A DNA stretch of 63,997 bases, the filler included, from Basidiobolus ranarum (lineage: Eukaryota), in NCBI GenBank assembly GCA_040143965.1. It is 8 parts of 8 records of this genome, joined end to end, with 100 filler letters (N's around TTAATTAATTAA, not from the genome) between each part and the next. Parts side by side here need not be neighbours in the genome. Positions count along the whole stretch, not along the records: positions 40,367 to 48,321 come from JASJQH010001041.1; positions 48,422 to 56,374 come from JASJQH010001042.1; 6 more parts are not named here. The stretch is one strand, 5' to 3'. A program made the translations under genes and the position numbers. Below the pieces are notes generated by a model that was given only the letters and a program-made list of their open reading frames with translations, was not told the DNA's origin and made no database searches. This document shows positions 41,178-52,830 of this stretch, piece after piece. Numbering within the stretch: the stretch's first letter is position 1; each line of letters starts with the position of its first letter.

Positions 41178-42415
41178 TAGCTTGAGTACCAGTTAGGTTA
41201 GGGGCTCTCACTCACTATATGCGGGAGTATATTACATTTCTTGGTTCTCTTTACTTTTCCTTGACGGAATCTCAGTAATCGAACACTCCGCAGGAGACCA
41301 ATATTCCATGCTTTACCAAATGCTAATCTCGAGAATATAAAGTACTATACAAATTTTATGTTAGGTTCATAAGCAGATATAACCTTTATACATCTTACCG
41401 AGGATGTGCGAACTTTCTCATCATTACTCAATAACTTCTTGTTCCCTTTTTGCACCGAAACATAGCCATTTCCTGTCAGGTTTGATTATACATTTGAAAT
41501 CAAGCAAGTATAAACCTGAAGCACCATGCAATATCAGTTGCAAGAAGCGCTGAATACTATGAGAATAAAGGGACAAGTAGAGTGATTGGGTTAAGATTTA
41601 CTGAGGAATATCAAGAGCTAATAGAGAAGTTGTACACTGGTAGGAACTGACACCAGTTATGAAGCATCATATCATTGCTTCCCAAATGGAGAAACCATAT
41701 TACTTTTGGGAAGCACAATGAGCTACTTTCATGTGCTGTAGATCAAAAATACCCTTAGCCAAGAATATGGACAGAGCTCTAGATTAGTCCAATAGAAGTA
41801 GACATGCATTGACTCCGCAATATTCTACTTTGTGGACTATGAAGATTATAGTATACCCCATGAATCCTGTAGTTTGTATAACATCATAGTTCAGAGTCTC
41901 AATGAGGTTCTGGTTTGATAGCCACTACCTGCTAGTTTTTTGTTTCACAGCTTCTATAGCTTTTCACTCGTATTCGGTTTAAAATACTGTAGGATATTAT
42001 ATATGATTTCCTCTTATACTCAAAGTGAATAATTTCTTTTAATCTAGGATATAGGTGGTGTAAGTTAAAGGTTCATGACACAAACCTCCTTCATTTCTCT
42101 CTTTAGATGTAATTTATTCATTCATAAGTGATCCATATATTGCATCACATCCCACGCCCAAAACAGATGGACGACTGATTAGCGTGTTTACGAATAATTC
42201 AATTAACCGGTGAATGATCCTCATTCTTACCGTGCGGGGTGTCAATCATTTCTAAAGCTAAGACTCCAGACTAGGTGAGTAATTTTGTGTAATCTAGAGT
42301 AGCTGCGGACTTGATGATTCTGAAGCTCAAGCGATATATAAATAAGGCTCAAAAGTAACGGTCTATTATTGTGCTAAGAAATACATTGGTGACTAGTAAT
42401 ACCAAAGCTATAGCA

Positions 42416-42886
42416 ATGTTGACAACGAACACATTGAAGCTAATCCTCACATTACTCGTATCGAGCAACATGAATCTGTGTGAAGCTGTTGGACCTAATA
42501 ACTCCGCTACATCTAGTCCGTCATTACCCAAGACTGCACACATTAACAGCTTATATTTAATCATCATTAGCCTTCTCCTTGTAATCTTATTGATAACATT
42601 GATCTGCGGACGCCACTTATGGAACAGACAGAAGAACGCTAGAGAGCTACGTCGACGCGTTAAACTTACCTTAAGGAACATTACTGATAGGGACTTACCT
42701 TGGTCTGTACGTGAAAAGTTGCCTATCTACTCTATCAACAGTTCCCAAATTACTCTACCTGCTCCGGTAGTTGAAAAAATTACCAGTCAAATGAATGAGC
42801 TTGAGTCAGCCATTAACTCGAGTGAGAATGTACTATGGATCGCCTCTCCACCTCCCTGTTACAGCCACTCTTTGAACCGGGGATGA
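42416..42886 (+). CDS. Single-pass membrane protein with cytosolic LPxY/PPxY motifs, about 156 aa
   Basis: Signal-like N-terminus, TM segment LYLIIISLLLVILLITLICG, basic stop-transfer, LPIY and PPPCY. Paralogous to 43437-43973. TATA at about 42334. Confidence 0.75.
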   Translation: MLTTNTLKLILTLLVSSNMNLCEAVGPNNSATSSPSLPKTAHINSLYLIIISLLLVILLITLICGRHLWNRQKNARELRRRVKLTLRNITDRDLPWSVREKLPIYSINSSQITLPAPVVEKITSQMNELESAINSSENVLWIASPPPCYSHSLNRG

Positions 42887-43436
42887 CTCTGTCTTACATA
42901 GAAGGATTAAAGAATGTGCTGTAATGTGCCAAAACAAAATTCTGATCCGTTTGCTATTGTGACTCCACAATATGGCAACCTAACTAGGTCAGACCACTGG
43001 TGGTCAAGCCCCCTCAATCATTGACGGACAATCAGTTCCACTATACTAAGCATCAATGATTCCCAAAGAAAGAGATTATGATGCAACTTTTTTCGAGTGA
43101 TTAAATTTGATTTGAATCTGAATCTGGATTTGTAGAAATCTAAATAAACTCGTGGATTGAAATTACATCTTGGCCAGAATTTACTTTTGATTTTAATAGG
43201 ATTACTGCCATGTGACGGAATAGCACCAATCCAGAGGTTAAAATCAATGGTATTCACGGACGTTTTGAGGAGACATAATGATCGGAACCAGATGTATGAC
43301 AACTATATGATAACGAGTAAACTGGATTTATTGTGCTTAAGAAATTTGTCCGAACTATGAATGTATTCGAGATAATTCACTGAATAGGCTATTAAAGAAA
43401 AGCAAACCTGACATGGTGCACTAAACTTAAGTTTCC

Positions 43437-43973
43437 TTAACGTTCATCCGAGTGGCCAGGCAAGGGTGAACGGTGAGTTTGAGTGGAAGCACTTCTCGGA
43501 TCATATGTTCCTTCCCTAACGGTTACTGATTTCAATTCATATTCTTCACCTTCATTAGGCGTAGTAGTGAGAGCATCAATAGCAGATGCTGGAAGCATAA
43601 GTTGAGAGCTCGTGGCCGAATATTTAGGAAGAGCCTCTTGAAAGGACTCCAGAGTGGGAGGATTCCTTGAATCTTGATTGTTTGTAGCTAACTGAACTCT
43701 TCTTCCAAGTTCGCGCGACGCCCAGTAATACTTGAGCTTTTTGAAACAGAAGATCATCAATAAGAAGATTACTATTGCTAATAAAACATACGCAATGATG
43801 ACAATGGTGGAGATTCGAGATTCGTTGTTACTTTTTAAAGTGTCTGTTTTCGCAGAAGGCTGAGGAGCACTATCACCTAAACCGATTCCTTTCACTTCAC
43901 TTATGCCAGAGATGAGAATGCACCCACTCGCATATAAAATGTAATGGAAGCTCATGACCGTAAAGAGAGTCAT
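43437..43973 (-). CDS. Single-pass membrane protein with an LPKY motif, 178 aa, paralog of the upstream convergent gene
   Basis: Hydrophobic N-terminus and TM segment IVIIAYVLLAIVIFLLMIFCF. SRELGRRVQL and EALPKYSATSSQLMLPA align with the neighbour. Confidence 0.75.
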   Translation of the reverse strand: MTLFTVMSFHYILYASGCILISGISEVKGIGLGDSAPQPSAKTDTLKSNNESRISTIVIIAYVLLAIVIFLLMIFCFKKLKYYWASRELGRRVQLATNNQDSRNPPTLESFQEALPKYSATSSQLMLPASAIDALTTTPNEGEEYELKSVTVREGTYDPRSASTQTHRSPLPGHSDER

Positions 43974-45085
43974 TAATGATTCTCTAGGAATCTGCTACAT
44001 CCGTGGGCCCGCAGTATTTATCAAAAAGTCGAAGATGAGTGTTGTTTGAACCACCAGTAAACTTGGAAAAATAGCCATTACTACATGCTCTTGATTAGTT
44101 TTTCCGTTGTTAAGATCACCGCTCCATTACGTGTTATTACTCAATCATTGTACATACGGCATCTTCAAACTCTGAACCTAATCTACAATGAACAAATTTT
44201 ACCACCTTACTTGCGGAAGATCTTTGTATCACCAATGGAGCATTGCTTGCGGACGATCTCTGCTTAAAGTCTTACAATCTTAGATCCTAATGAATGAACC
44301 TCTAGATGTCAACAGTAAATCCCGATATTTGCTAGTTGATTGGCTACGATCCAGATGTTTCTTGTGAGTTTCGATCAAATATTCAAAAGGTTTTTCAATC
44401 GACTTGTTCTCAAGTGCGGGTAAGAATCAAAGTCAGACATATTCTTGATATAGAAAGTGAGAGTCTGCCAGAATGATCAGCGATAAACTCCATCACTAAT
44501 TTATGGTCACCATATATAATTTACCGTTTATTCCATCTCAAATCTAGAAGAATATTGCAAGGGACGTCGTTTGAACGAAGAGTTATTATCCCAGAACTAT
44601 TTTCCTGTATGCGGACATGGTTTATTTTCGCGGCTCCATGACCACCATTTACATTCCAATCTTTTTTATTTATACAATTAAGCATCAATAAATTCTATGC
44701 TTCTATTTCGCAGTTTACAGTAGGATTGCACTTTGTGGATTAAGTAACCATCTCAAAAATCGAACCCTGTGCTGTGTAAAACATCAGTCCAGGGCTACAA
44801 CCACTGGATATAGTCAATTAAAGGTATAGTGTAGAAATACCAGAAGTATCACCAATTTCATTCACACACTTGCCAACTTTTAAGAGTTTAACTCTGATTT
44901 TGGGTTGGATTTTTCTTCATTTCTTTATTTCATCAATATCATTCAACCTGACAAGTTCTAAGAAAACAATTCAAAAAACAAAAGATCAATTGAGAAGAGA
45001 AGTAAAATGAAGTTGTTCCCTCCGAATTTCTATCAACCCTCTTGCCTTTCGGTTCAGTTTATACATTTATGTAATTATCTCTTCA

Positions 45086-45412
45086 TTAATAGATTCCGAA
45101 TTTGGACTTGACAAACCCATCCCATTTGAGGCCTCCTTTAAATCTGCCTAGAGCCCCGCGTCCATCTCCGTGTAGCTTAGCGTCAAATTGGCCGCTTCCA
45201 GCAGCTCCAGTATTGAAGCTCTTCAACAGGCCCTGTGCTGCGTAAGCTATCGATTTCCCGACTCTAGTGACAAGTTTACGTGTGAATGATTTGGGAGCTT
45301 CCACAGGTTTTGGTGCTTCTGCTAGCTTCGGACTCGCTTCGAGAACCTCTTGAGCGGAAATTAGACTCAAGACGAGAGTGATTACCAAGAATAACGAAAT
45401 GAGGAATTTCAT
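45086..45412 (-). CDS. Small secreted protein, 108 aa, with a Gly/Lys-rich C-terminus
   Basis: Clear signal peptide MKFLISLFLVITLVLSLISA and TATAAA upstream at about 45520. Confidence 0.75.
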   Translation of the reverse strand: MKFLISLFLVITLVLSLISAQEVLEASPKLAEAPKPVEAPKSFTRKLVTRVGKSIAYAAQGLLKSFNTGAAGSGQFDAKLHGDGRGALGRFKGGLKWDGFVKSKFGIY

Positions 45413-47543
45413 GATAAATGAGAAGGAAGTAAAATGCAAACCGAACCGAGGTGAGTGTTAGTCAAAATGGAGAGTAGAGAAAATCCCAAAATTGAATGAA
45501 CCCTGATAAATGGATTTATAAAGGATTCCTTTGTTTCTAAACATTTCCGTTTCTTGATAAATGAATCAAAAGATTAGATTATTCTTTCATATATTCCAGG
45601 ATATGGGATCTTAGAACGTGTGTGCAAAGTCTGACTGAGTTCTCTGCATGAGTTGGTTTGCTTCCAACAGGTTTGAAACATTTCAAAACGATTTCTAGTT
45701 TGAAACTCCCCCTACACATGAAATCCCTCATGTTAAACCGGAATTCTTTCAATTGTTTCAACACTCATTCGTTATATTAGAATTCATCATCTTGAAACTG
45801 ATCTAGTATGTATCTGGTTAATTTGGAGGAATCTAACCAACGTTTGCATTCCCCTGACTCTGGCTTACCAAATCCAATAGTATTGAGCATAATAGATAAC
45901 CATTTCGGAAACAACCCCCCCTGTTGGTTTTACCATCACTAGCCCTTGTATTCGTGTGGATGATAACCATATATTGCCTATTATAGAATTTGATCACCAC
46001 TACTTCATGGATATCCTCCAATTACTCCTGATGTTAATTATTTGGTGCTAGATTCTGATGGATCATAGAGAGCTCAAACAGATCATCCAACAATGAAGAT
46101 TTATTTACCCTAACCTCCTGTTCATTCCCCATGGGATTTCGCTGGTAGTAGTGGCGCCTTCTACAAGGATAATTCTATCATGTAGTGGTGATTAGTAAAG
46201 TGAGTTGACTACAACATCAAGGGAAGCTTAGAATAGTTCTGAAAATGATATTTCTCTAGGTATGTCTTGTAGGGTTGTTTGGTTCCCTTATTTGAGCTGC
46301 TTAAGTCAGGGGATGCGTTTTCAATTGATAATCGATTGAAGACTTTATCAATAGACTAAAGATCATCACATGGGATCATTCACAACAATCTTTCATATCT
46401 TAAAAGGGATTCAGAATGGTTGGTGTTCATTCATTCGATATCCGGAAGATACATTAAAGCAAGGCGGAAACTATATACAAAAAGGTAGCCCTAGATCAAT
46501 TAGAATGACTAAGGGTAATAAATGAAGAGCAGACAGCACTAAATTTTGATGGTTTGATGATTTTGACCAACCTGGCTATGATATAAGACTAGGATTTAGA
46601 TGCTTTCTCATCTATAATCTTCGCACACAGTATCTCAATTCTAAGCAGAACTAGGATCTTTGTAGGTTAAACTTCAACCGAGGATAAATCAATTATATAA
46701 CTTGATGCCTCTTAATTAAGTGCATGGTGTTGATAATACAACAATAGTTGGTAAGTATTGCTTGCTTTCCCTTCATTCATTCATCATACTCTTCTCATAT
46801 TGGGATGATTTAACTTCTGTCTCATATGGGAATATTGTTGTTTCTATGTTGATATGACAATTAATCACTGAGGATGAACAGTAGTGTCTTTTGTTTATGC
46901 CTTTGTAGTACTTCATTCAGCATATCTTACTCTGGATATCCTTGATCTGTACCGGCAATATATATGGGTATAGCACACTTATGGCATGTGATGTATCCAT
47001 GCAAGTATCACTAACTTCCAAGTCACAACTGGGAGTGAACAGACAATGATCGTCGCACGTAATTTTATGCTTGTTTATATGAACTTGCATTAATACAAAT
47101 ATATACATTAGGTAGCACATGACTCACTCGATTTATTGAATATCTGACCTTAAATTCCTTGATTGGCATTCTCTCAATAACTAAGCATTTGATATGGTTC
47201 ACCAAGGATAACACATTTGCTCATTTGGTGGTTTCTAGGAACATGAATATGTAGATCGAAAGGAATCAGGACTACATCAGAAATGAATTACAGGCCAGTA
47301 TCAAAGTGCTAATAAAAACATGAAATCTACGAAATTAACTTGTTGACAGCTTCCTTGTTTAGAGAGAAATACTATAGTTTGTACAGCGTGAAAGCAGAAC
47401 GAAAGAACTCTTTCTGACATTGATGATGAGTATTATAAATGGTGGAAACATGCATCGAATTCAGCCTCGATGTATATTGAAATGACAAAGTAAAAGCAAA
47501 GGTGTATGCGTTATGAATGGCTCAATATCAATAACCAATGTAG

Positions 47544-48321
47544 CTACTGTCTATCTGCTAGATACCCCTCCATTTCACGAGCATATCGAGCTTTGTCTTC
47601 AGAAGCTTTTTGCTCCCATGGTACTCTCTCTTCTGGGCTCATCGAGTTCCACTGATTTGCAATAATCTTACTAATTGGCCCAACAGTGCTACCCGGATAT
47701 TGCTCAGCAACCTGTGGACGAACAGCAGATAAGTAAAATAGAAACCCCGACATAGGATGTTTAGGTGCAGTAGGGTTCTTTTGTTTTTTCTTTTTGCGGC
47801 CTCTAGGGTCTTTGGTCGGTGTTAAATCATCTTCCTCATCAATACCTCTTCTCTTTCCCGCCTCAATCTCGGCTTTCGAGCGTCTTGTATATACAAAATC
47901 AGGATTGGTAACTAGAAAATCACGCTTGATTGACTGTGCTTCAGTGAAATATCTACTACGTGCCTCCTAGACAATTGAACTATTGATTAGGTACGGAACA
48001 TGAATTACAGAGACCAACCAAAGTATCCTACCTCATCCAGATTCTTCCATCGATCACCAATTTCTTTACTGATTTCAGAAACACTCATATTGGGATTTGT
48101 CTCTAAAAGTTTATGACGCATCTCTTTGTTGAAGAGTAGGTAAGCATTCATCGGTCTTTTAAGCTTCGGGCTCCCGCTATCACCATCGATGGTAGAGCGA
48201 CGACGGTACTTTTTCTTGGTATTGTTGGGACGACGGGTGTAAACATACTCCGGATTTGTTTCCAGAAACTGAGACTTCAGGACTCGAGCCCGCTCTACGT
48301 ACAGTTGTTTCAGGGAATCGT
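47544..48321 (-). CDS. Multi-HMG-box protein, 5'-partial; exons 48321-48032, 47966-47544
   Basis: End of one box (...FLETNPEYVYTRR), a full box KRPMNAYLLFNKEMR...EISKEIGDRWKNL...NPDFVY, and a third box APKHPMSGFLFY...DKARYAREM. Phase-0 intron 48031-47967. Confidence 0.9.
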
Positions 48322-48421
48322 NNNNNNNNNNNNNNNNNNNNNNNNNNNNNNNNNNNNNNNNNNNNTTAATTAATTAANNNNNNNNNNNNNNNNNNNNNNN
48401 NNNNNNNNNNNNNNNNNNNNN
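48322..48421. other. Artificial contig spacer
   Basis: 44 N + TTAATTAATTAA + 44 N. Confidence 0.97.
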
Positions 48422-48727
48422 TTCATGTGGCTTATCCTGGGTTTTTGCAAGCAAATGGCAATTGGGCTAGTAAAGGCCTATTTATTAAACATCTCAAAAT
48501 GTACCCAATTATTGACTTGGAAAAGAAAGAAAAGCAGCTAAAGAAGTACTGAAGGAGCAGGAAGCTAGTAAACCCAAGGGAAAAGCAAAGGAGCCAGTGA
48601 GTTTAGGCTCTACCATCCCACTTACCAAATTCTTCACACTATTACAAAGACCTGCAATTCCAGAGTCAGATATACTGGCAAAAGAGCTTAATTTCACCAT
48701 GGAACTAGATACACCAGTTGGAAGAGT

Positions 48728-49880
48728 GCCATATTTGGAAGTTTATTCAACAACCAGTTGATAATGCAACAGTTTGTTGTTTCTTGCTAATCCAGCTTAT
48801 TGGCCCACCTGCTAGCTTAAACACATATCCAGTCCTGGATTTACAGTCTTCCATATTGTTAGCCCAGTCTGCATCAGCATATCCTTCCAAAATAAGTGAC
48901 ATGTAGTGCTGCTTACAAAATTAAATTCCATGATGTACTGTTCCTTTCAGATAGCATGTTATCTGTTTTACAGCTATCCAATGTTACATTGCAGGATTTT
49001 CCATACATTTGCTTACTATACTTACTTCTGTAGCAATATCAGGCCTTGTACCAGTTGTTATATATATGAGACTTCCAACTGCACTATGGTAAGGAATATG
49101 TTTCATGATTTCAATATCTTCCGAGGTCTTTGGTTCCATATCCTTAGTGAATTTCATCATACACAGTGGATTTGATGCTGCTTTACATTCTGACATATTG
49201 TATCTGTTTAAAACATCTCCAATATGTTTTTCTTGTGTAATACAGAGTGTTTCAATAGTAGAATTTGGTGTATCTGCATTCCAAGACAATATGCTAGTGA
49301 TCCAAGATCTTACATTTCAGACTTGGTAGATAGCCAGGTCTTGGTTTGTTTCATCAGATTTGGGCAATTACTAACTACGACAATATCATCAAACTCATTT
49401 TTCTTGCAGCAGCATTTTCATTTTAACTTTCCAAACTTGATAATTGGTTCTATCCAATTTTTCAGAAGGGGTAAAAGTTCCATAAATTTGAGAAGTAGAC
49501 ATTGTAGCAAGTCCAAGCTTGGGTCTCTTTACCTATTAAAGTAGTGGGTAACCTGTAGGAAGTGGTTTGAAGAATCAGAGAAATTGGTGGTTTTTACTTA
49601 TTAATTTATTGGGTCAAAAGTTGACATTTAGAGTTTTGTCATGATTTAAACAAACCAACATGTAGAATGTGTTAAGGAAGGTCCCAGGAGAATGTGTGCA
49701 AAGTTTGGGGCTTCTAGCACAAGTTAGAAAAATCTACATATATAGAACTTCTAAGTTGGTAAAAATATTCTAAGTAAATTCCTATTGAGAACAATGGATT
49801 AAATCTTAGTGATTTATAGGATAACTAAGTACTAAGCTATTTATGACTATGTAGGTGTTTAGGCAAAGCTGATTTCAACG
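48728..49880 (-). mobile_element. Internally deleted Ty1/copia element: 5' LTR (49880-49534), degenerate PBS and gag start joined to an RT/RNase H remnant
   Basis: LTR homology, the NYQVWKVKMKMLLQEK Gag start, then IPYHSAVGSLIYITTGTRPDIA and EGYADADWA. Confidence 0.88.
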
Positions 49881-49899
49881 GATGAGGATTTACACCAAT

Positions 49900-50130
49900 T
49901 AGGATCCAATAAACAGAGTTAAGAAAATGCTTTAATATATTATAGGAAATCTGCCTATAAATGTCATATGTACTTTAAGAAGAAAAATTACACTTTCTGT
50001 GATTACTGTAAAAGGACCAGCCATTTAAGCAAAGATTGCAGTAAAGTATTACAAAACAAGAAAAACACACTGAATTTGGGGATACAGCTTCATTTGAAGA
50101 TCACCTATTCATATCTGCTATATCTACAGC
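49900..50130 (+). mobile_element. Copia Gag zinc-knuckle remnant
   Basis: FCDYCKRTSHLSKDC (CX2CX4HX4C), homologous to 53960-54180. Confidence 0.75.
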
Positions 50131-50406
50131 AACCAATAATAAGTCTCAGAAGTAGTAAATGTGTTCTATTGTACCAGGTCAGATTGTGCTGCTTGATCCA
50201 GCCTGCTAACACACTATCTTGTGTGTTCTGTTGGCAACCATGGCTAGGTCCTATAACACTCAAATGGACACTATAAGTAACAACATGGCACCATCCCACC
50301 ACAATTGGACACAATGATTTTTTTGGAGGAATTGTGCCAGCTTGTACCAAGTTACCCAATTTGGTATGGCCAAATTAGGATTTTGGGTAGCTGACAATGC
50401 AAGTTC

Positions 50407-50743
50407 TGTTGAAATTAGTATTGCCTAAACACCTATATAGTCATGAATAGCTTAGTACTTGGTCATCTTATATTTCACTAAGATATTATCCATTCTTCTC
50501 AATCAGAATTTACTTATATTATTTTTACCAACTCAGATATATTGATTTTTCACACTTGTTCTAGAAGCCCCAAACTTTGCACAAATTTTCCTGGGATCTT
50601 CCTTAACACATTCTACATGTTAGCTGGCTTATATCTTCACAAAACTATAAATGTCAACTTTCTACTTAATAAATCAATAAATGAAAACCTCCAATTCCTC
50701 TAATTCTCCATACCACTGCCAATATGCTTCAAATACTTTAACA
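50407..50743 (+). mobile_element. Solo Ty1/copia LTR
   Basis: TGTTGAAATTAG...TTTAACA, not followed by a PBS. Confidence 0.88.
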
Positions 50744-51705
50744 AATTTATCCCCTAGTTTGCGACCAGCAAGTTATTGAATGTGTCTCAATAAACAATTT
50801 ATACTGTAACTTACCCAATCAAATGTAAAACCAAGCCATTCACATGTTTTTGGCCAACTATTTGTCTATCACTAATAAAATATTCTGACCTTTGGTTGGG
50901 CCCAATGGCTCCTGGATTTTGAAGCACCAGTAGTGGGGCACACCAGTGGCAAATCACAGCACCTGATGATGGATCAATCTGCTGTATTATGGTATTAATC
51001 AGGATTGCTGGTTTCATCACTCTTAGATCAGCATATTATTTATTCAATCATGTAGGCTTCTAATTGGATGAGAATGTGAGTAGATTAGGCCATATTGAGA
51101 CAATATAGCTGCACCAGCTTTTTATTGATGCACATTTTCATTTATTTGTAGCAAAATGGCTTGTATAAATAGGCAATAATTGATTTTTTTGATACGTGAT
51201 GATTTCATGCTATCAGTGTTGAATAAAGACATAAGCAATGGTGATTTAACTGAAGCAATTATTGCTGAAATTAACAGCAATCCATTTCTATTATGTACAA
51301 TGTGCTAAACAGTAAAGAATGAATAATGTAAGTATTAACAAGAGCTTTCAGCAGGTGCCCAGGTTTGAAGCAGGACTTGCTGATTTGCTTCTGTTATTTT
51401 TGTTCTTTCTTTGATATTTCTACAGAAGGAACCTTGCTTTAACCTCTGCACAGGGTTGGTTGGTTTTATCCTGCTGAAGTTCCTCTATCTTGGCCAGCAT
51501 GAGTTGTGGCTTGAGGTCAATATGCTGTGGTATGAATTGGCTTGTCTGATCTAGTTTGTGATTTGTTTGAGTCTACAGCATCTTCTTCTGATATACAGCC
51601 TTCACTTAATGGGTCAACCTGTCATTGCTGCTGATGCACAATTCTACATGTCAACTCAGAATGTCTCACTTGAGATTTGTGCTTGACATTTGTTGATTCT
51701 TCAAT

Positions 51706-52065
51706 CATGGTGGAGGCTTAATCTCATTTGACTGGCTGTGGCTGTGGTTGCATAGCAGTACATGTTGGAGGAAGTCATCTAACCTGAAGTTTGTATTTGG
51801 CAGTTCTTGCCTCTTCAACCATGGTAGAGGCTTCATCCCTTTTGACTGGCTGTGGCTGCAATAACATGGCAGTACATGTTGGAGCAAGTTATCTATCTTG
51901 TGGTTTGTCTTTGGTGGTTATTGCTTCTTTAACCATAGTGGGAGCTTCATATCTTTCAACTGGCCATTGCTGTGGTTGCATGGCAGTATGAGCTGGAGTA
52001 AGTCATTTGACTCAAGGTTTGTGATTGGTAGCTCTTGCCTCCTTCATCATGGTAGAAGCTTCATG
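51706..52065 (-). repeat. Tandem repeat, about 3.2 copies of a 114-bp unit
   Basis: Unit starts at 51706, 51820, 51934 and 52048, an exact 114-bp spacing. Confidence 0.85.
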
Positions 52066-52830
52066 CCCTAACAAAAGTTTGAGGATTGTTATTATAGGAA
52101 AACTATCACAGTTTAAATCCATTTTGGATTGACTTTTTACTTACCATCATAAAATCATCAAGTTAGATTTGACTTTGATCAATTTCTTTAGCTTCAGGAG
52201 TGAAATGTTAAGATCTTGCAAAATAGTTGCATATGGTTGGCTACAATCTCAGAGAACTATGGATCATCACATGTGCAAAAATGTAACTCAAATGTTACAC
52301 ATTTACCACTTGGACACTAATTTGTCACCTTCAAAATCCCCAGTTTCTTTGATGTATTCTCCTGAATATTTTGATACAGTCCTTCATACCCAAGGTTTAG
52401 CTCATATCAAGGTATGTTTATATCAATATCTCCATGAAAGCCCACAATTGTATTAACATTGCTGAATTAACATTCTTCCAGCTATCTGACAGATACCCTG
52501 CAACATTGTGCCACTCTGTATTAAGTTCTTTGCAGACATCTGAACAGTCAACACCAGATGGAATGTCAAGTTGAATGTTCTTCTTCTGAAGCCACTTTCT
52601 GCATACTTGCACTGTTTTTTCCCTTCCTACTTTTGAAAATGCTCCTCAAGCACTTTTACTACTTTTATATATCCTGGTAGTGTGACACTATTGAGGGTTC
52701 TCTGTGGTGTGTGTGTAGCTTTTTGCTTGCCTTGAAATTTGGGGCTAATTTCAACACTTTGAAAAGTACTTGCTGAGGTTGGAGTGCCATCTGTTTTATT
52801 TGCTAGTGCTTTGGCTTGTTGAGAAGTGCG
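52066..52830 (+). repeat. Unclassified dispersed repeat with a decayed minus-strand ORF, interrupted by a copia LTR at 52831
   Basis: Colinear with 55159-55895. The remnant translates VCRKWLQKKNIQLDIPSGVD...EWHNVAGYLSDSWKN. Confidence 0.85.

Noticed and set aside
47544..48321. HMG gene as the mating-type (sexP/sexM) locus
   Set aside because: It has multiple boxes, and no flanking triose-phosphate transporter or RNA helicase gene is visible.
51706..52065. Tandem repeat as a CRISPR-like array
   Set aside because: Whole units are homologous with no unique spacers, there are no cas genes, and the context is eukaryotic.
51340..52065. In-frame TGA codons as selenocysteine or readthrough
   Set aside because: They co-occur with TAA stops in CpG-depleted repeats and are better explained by CGA-to-TGA decay.
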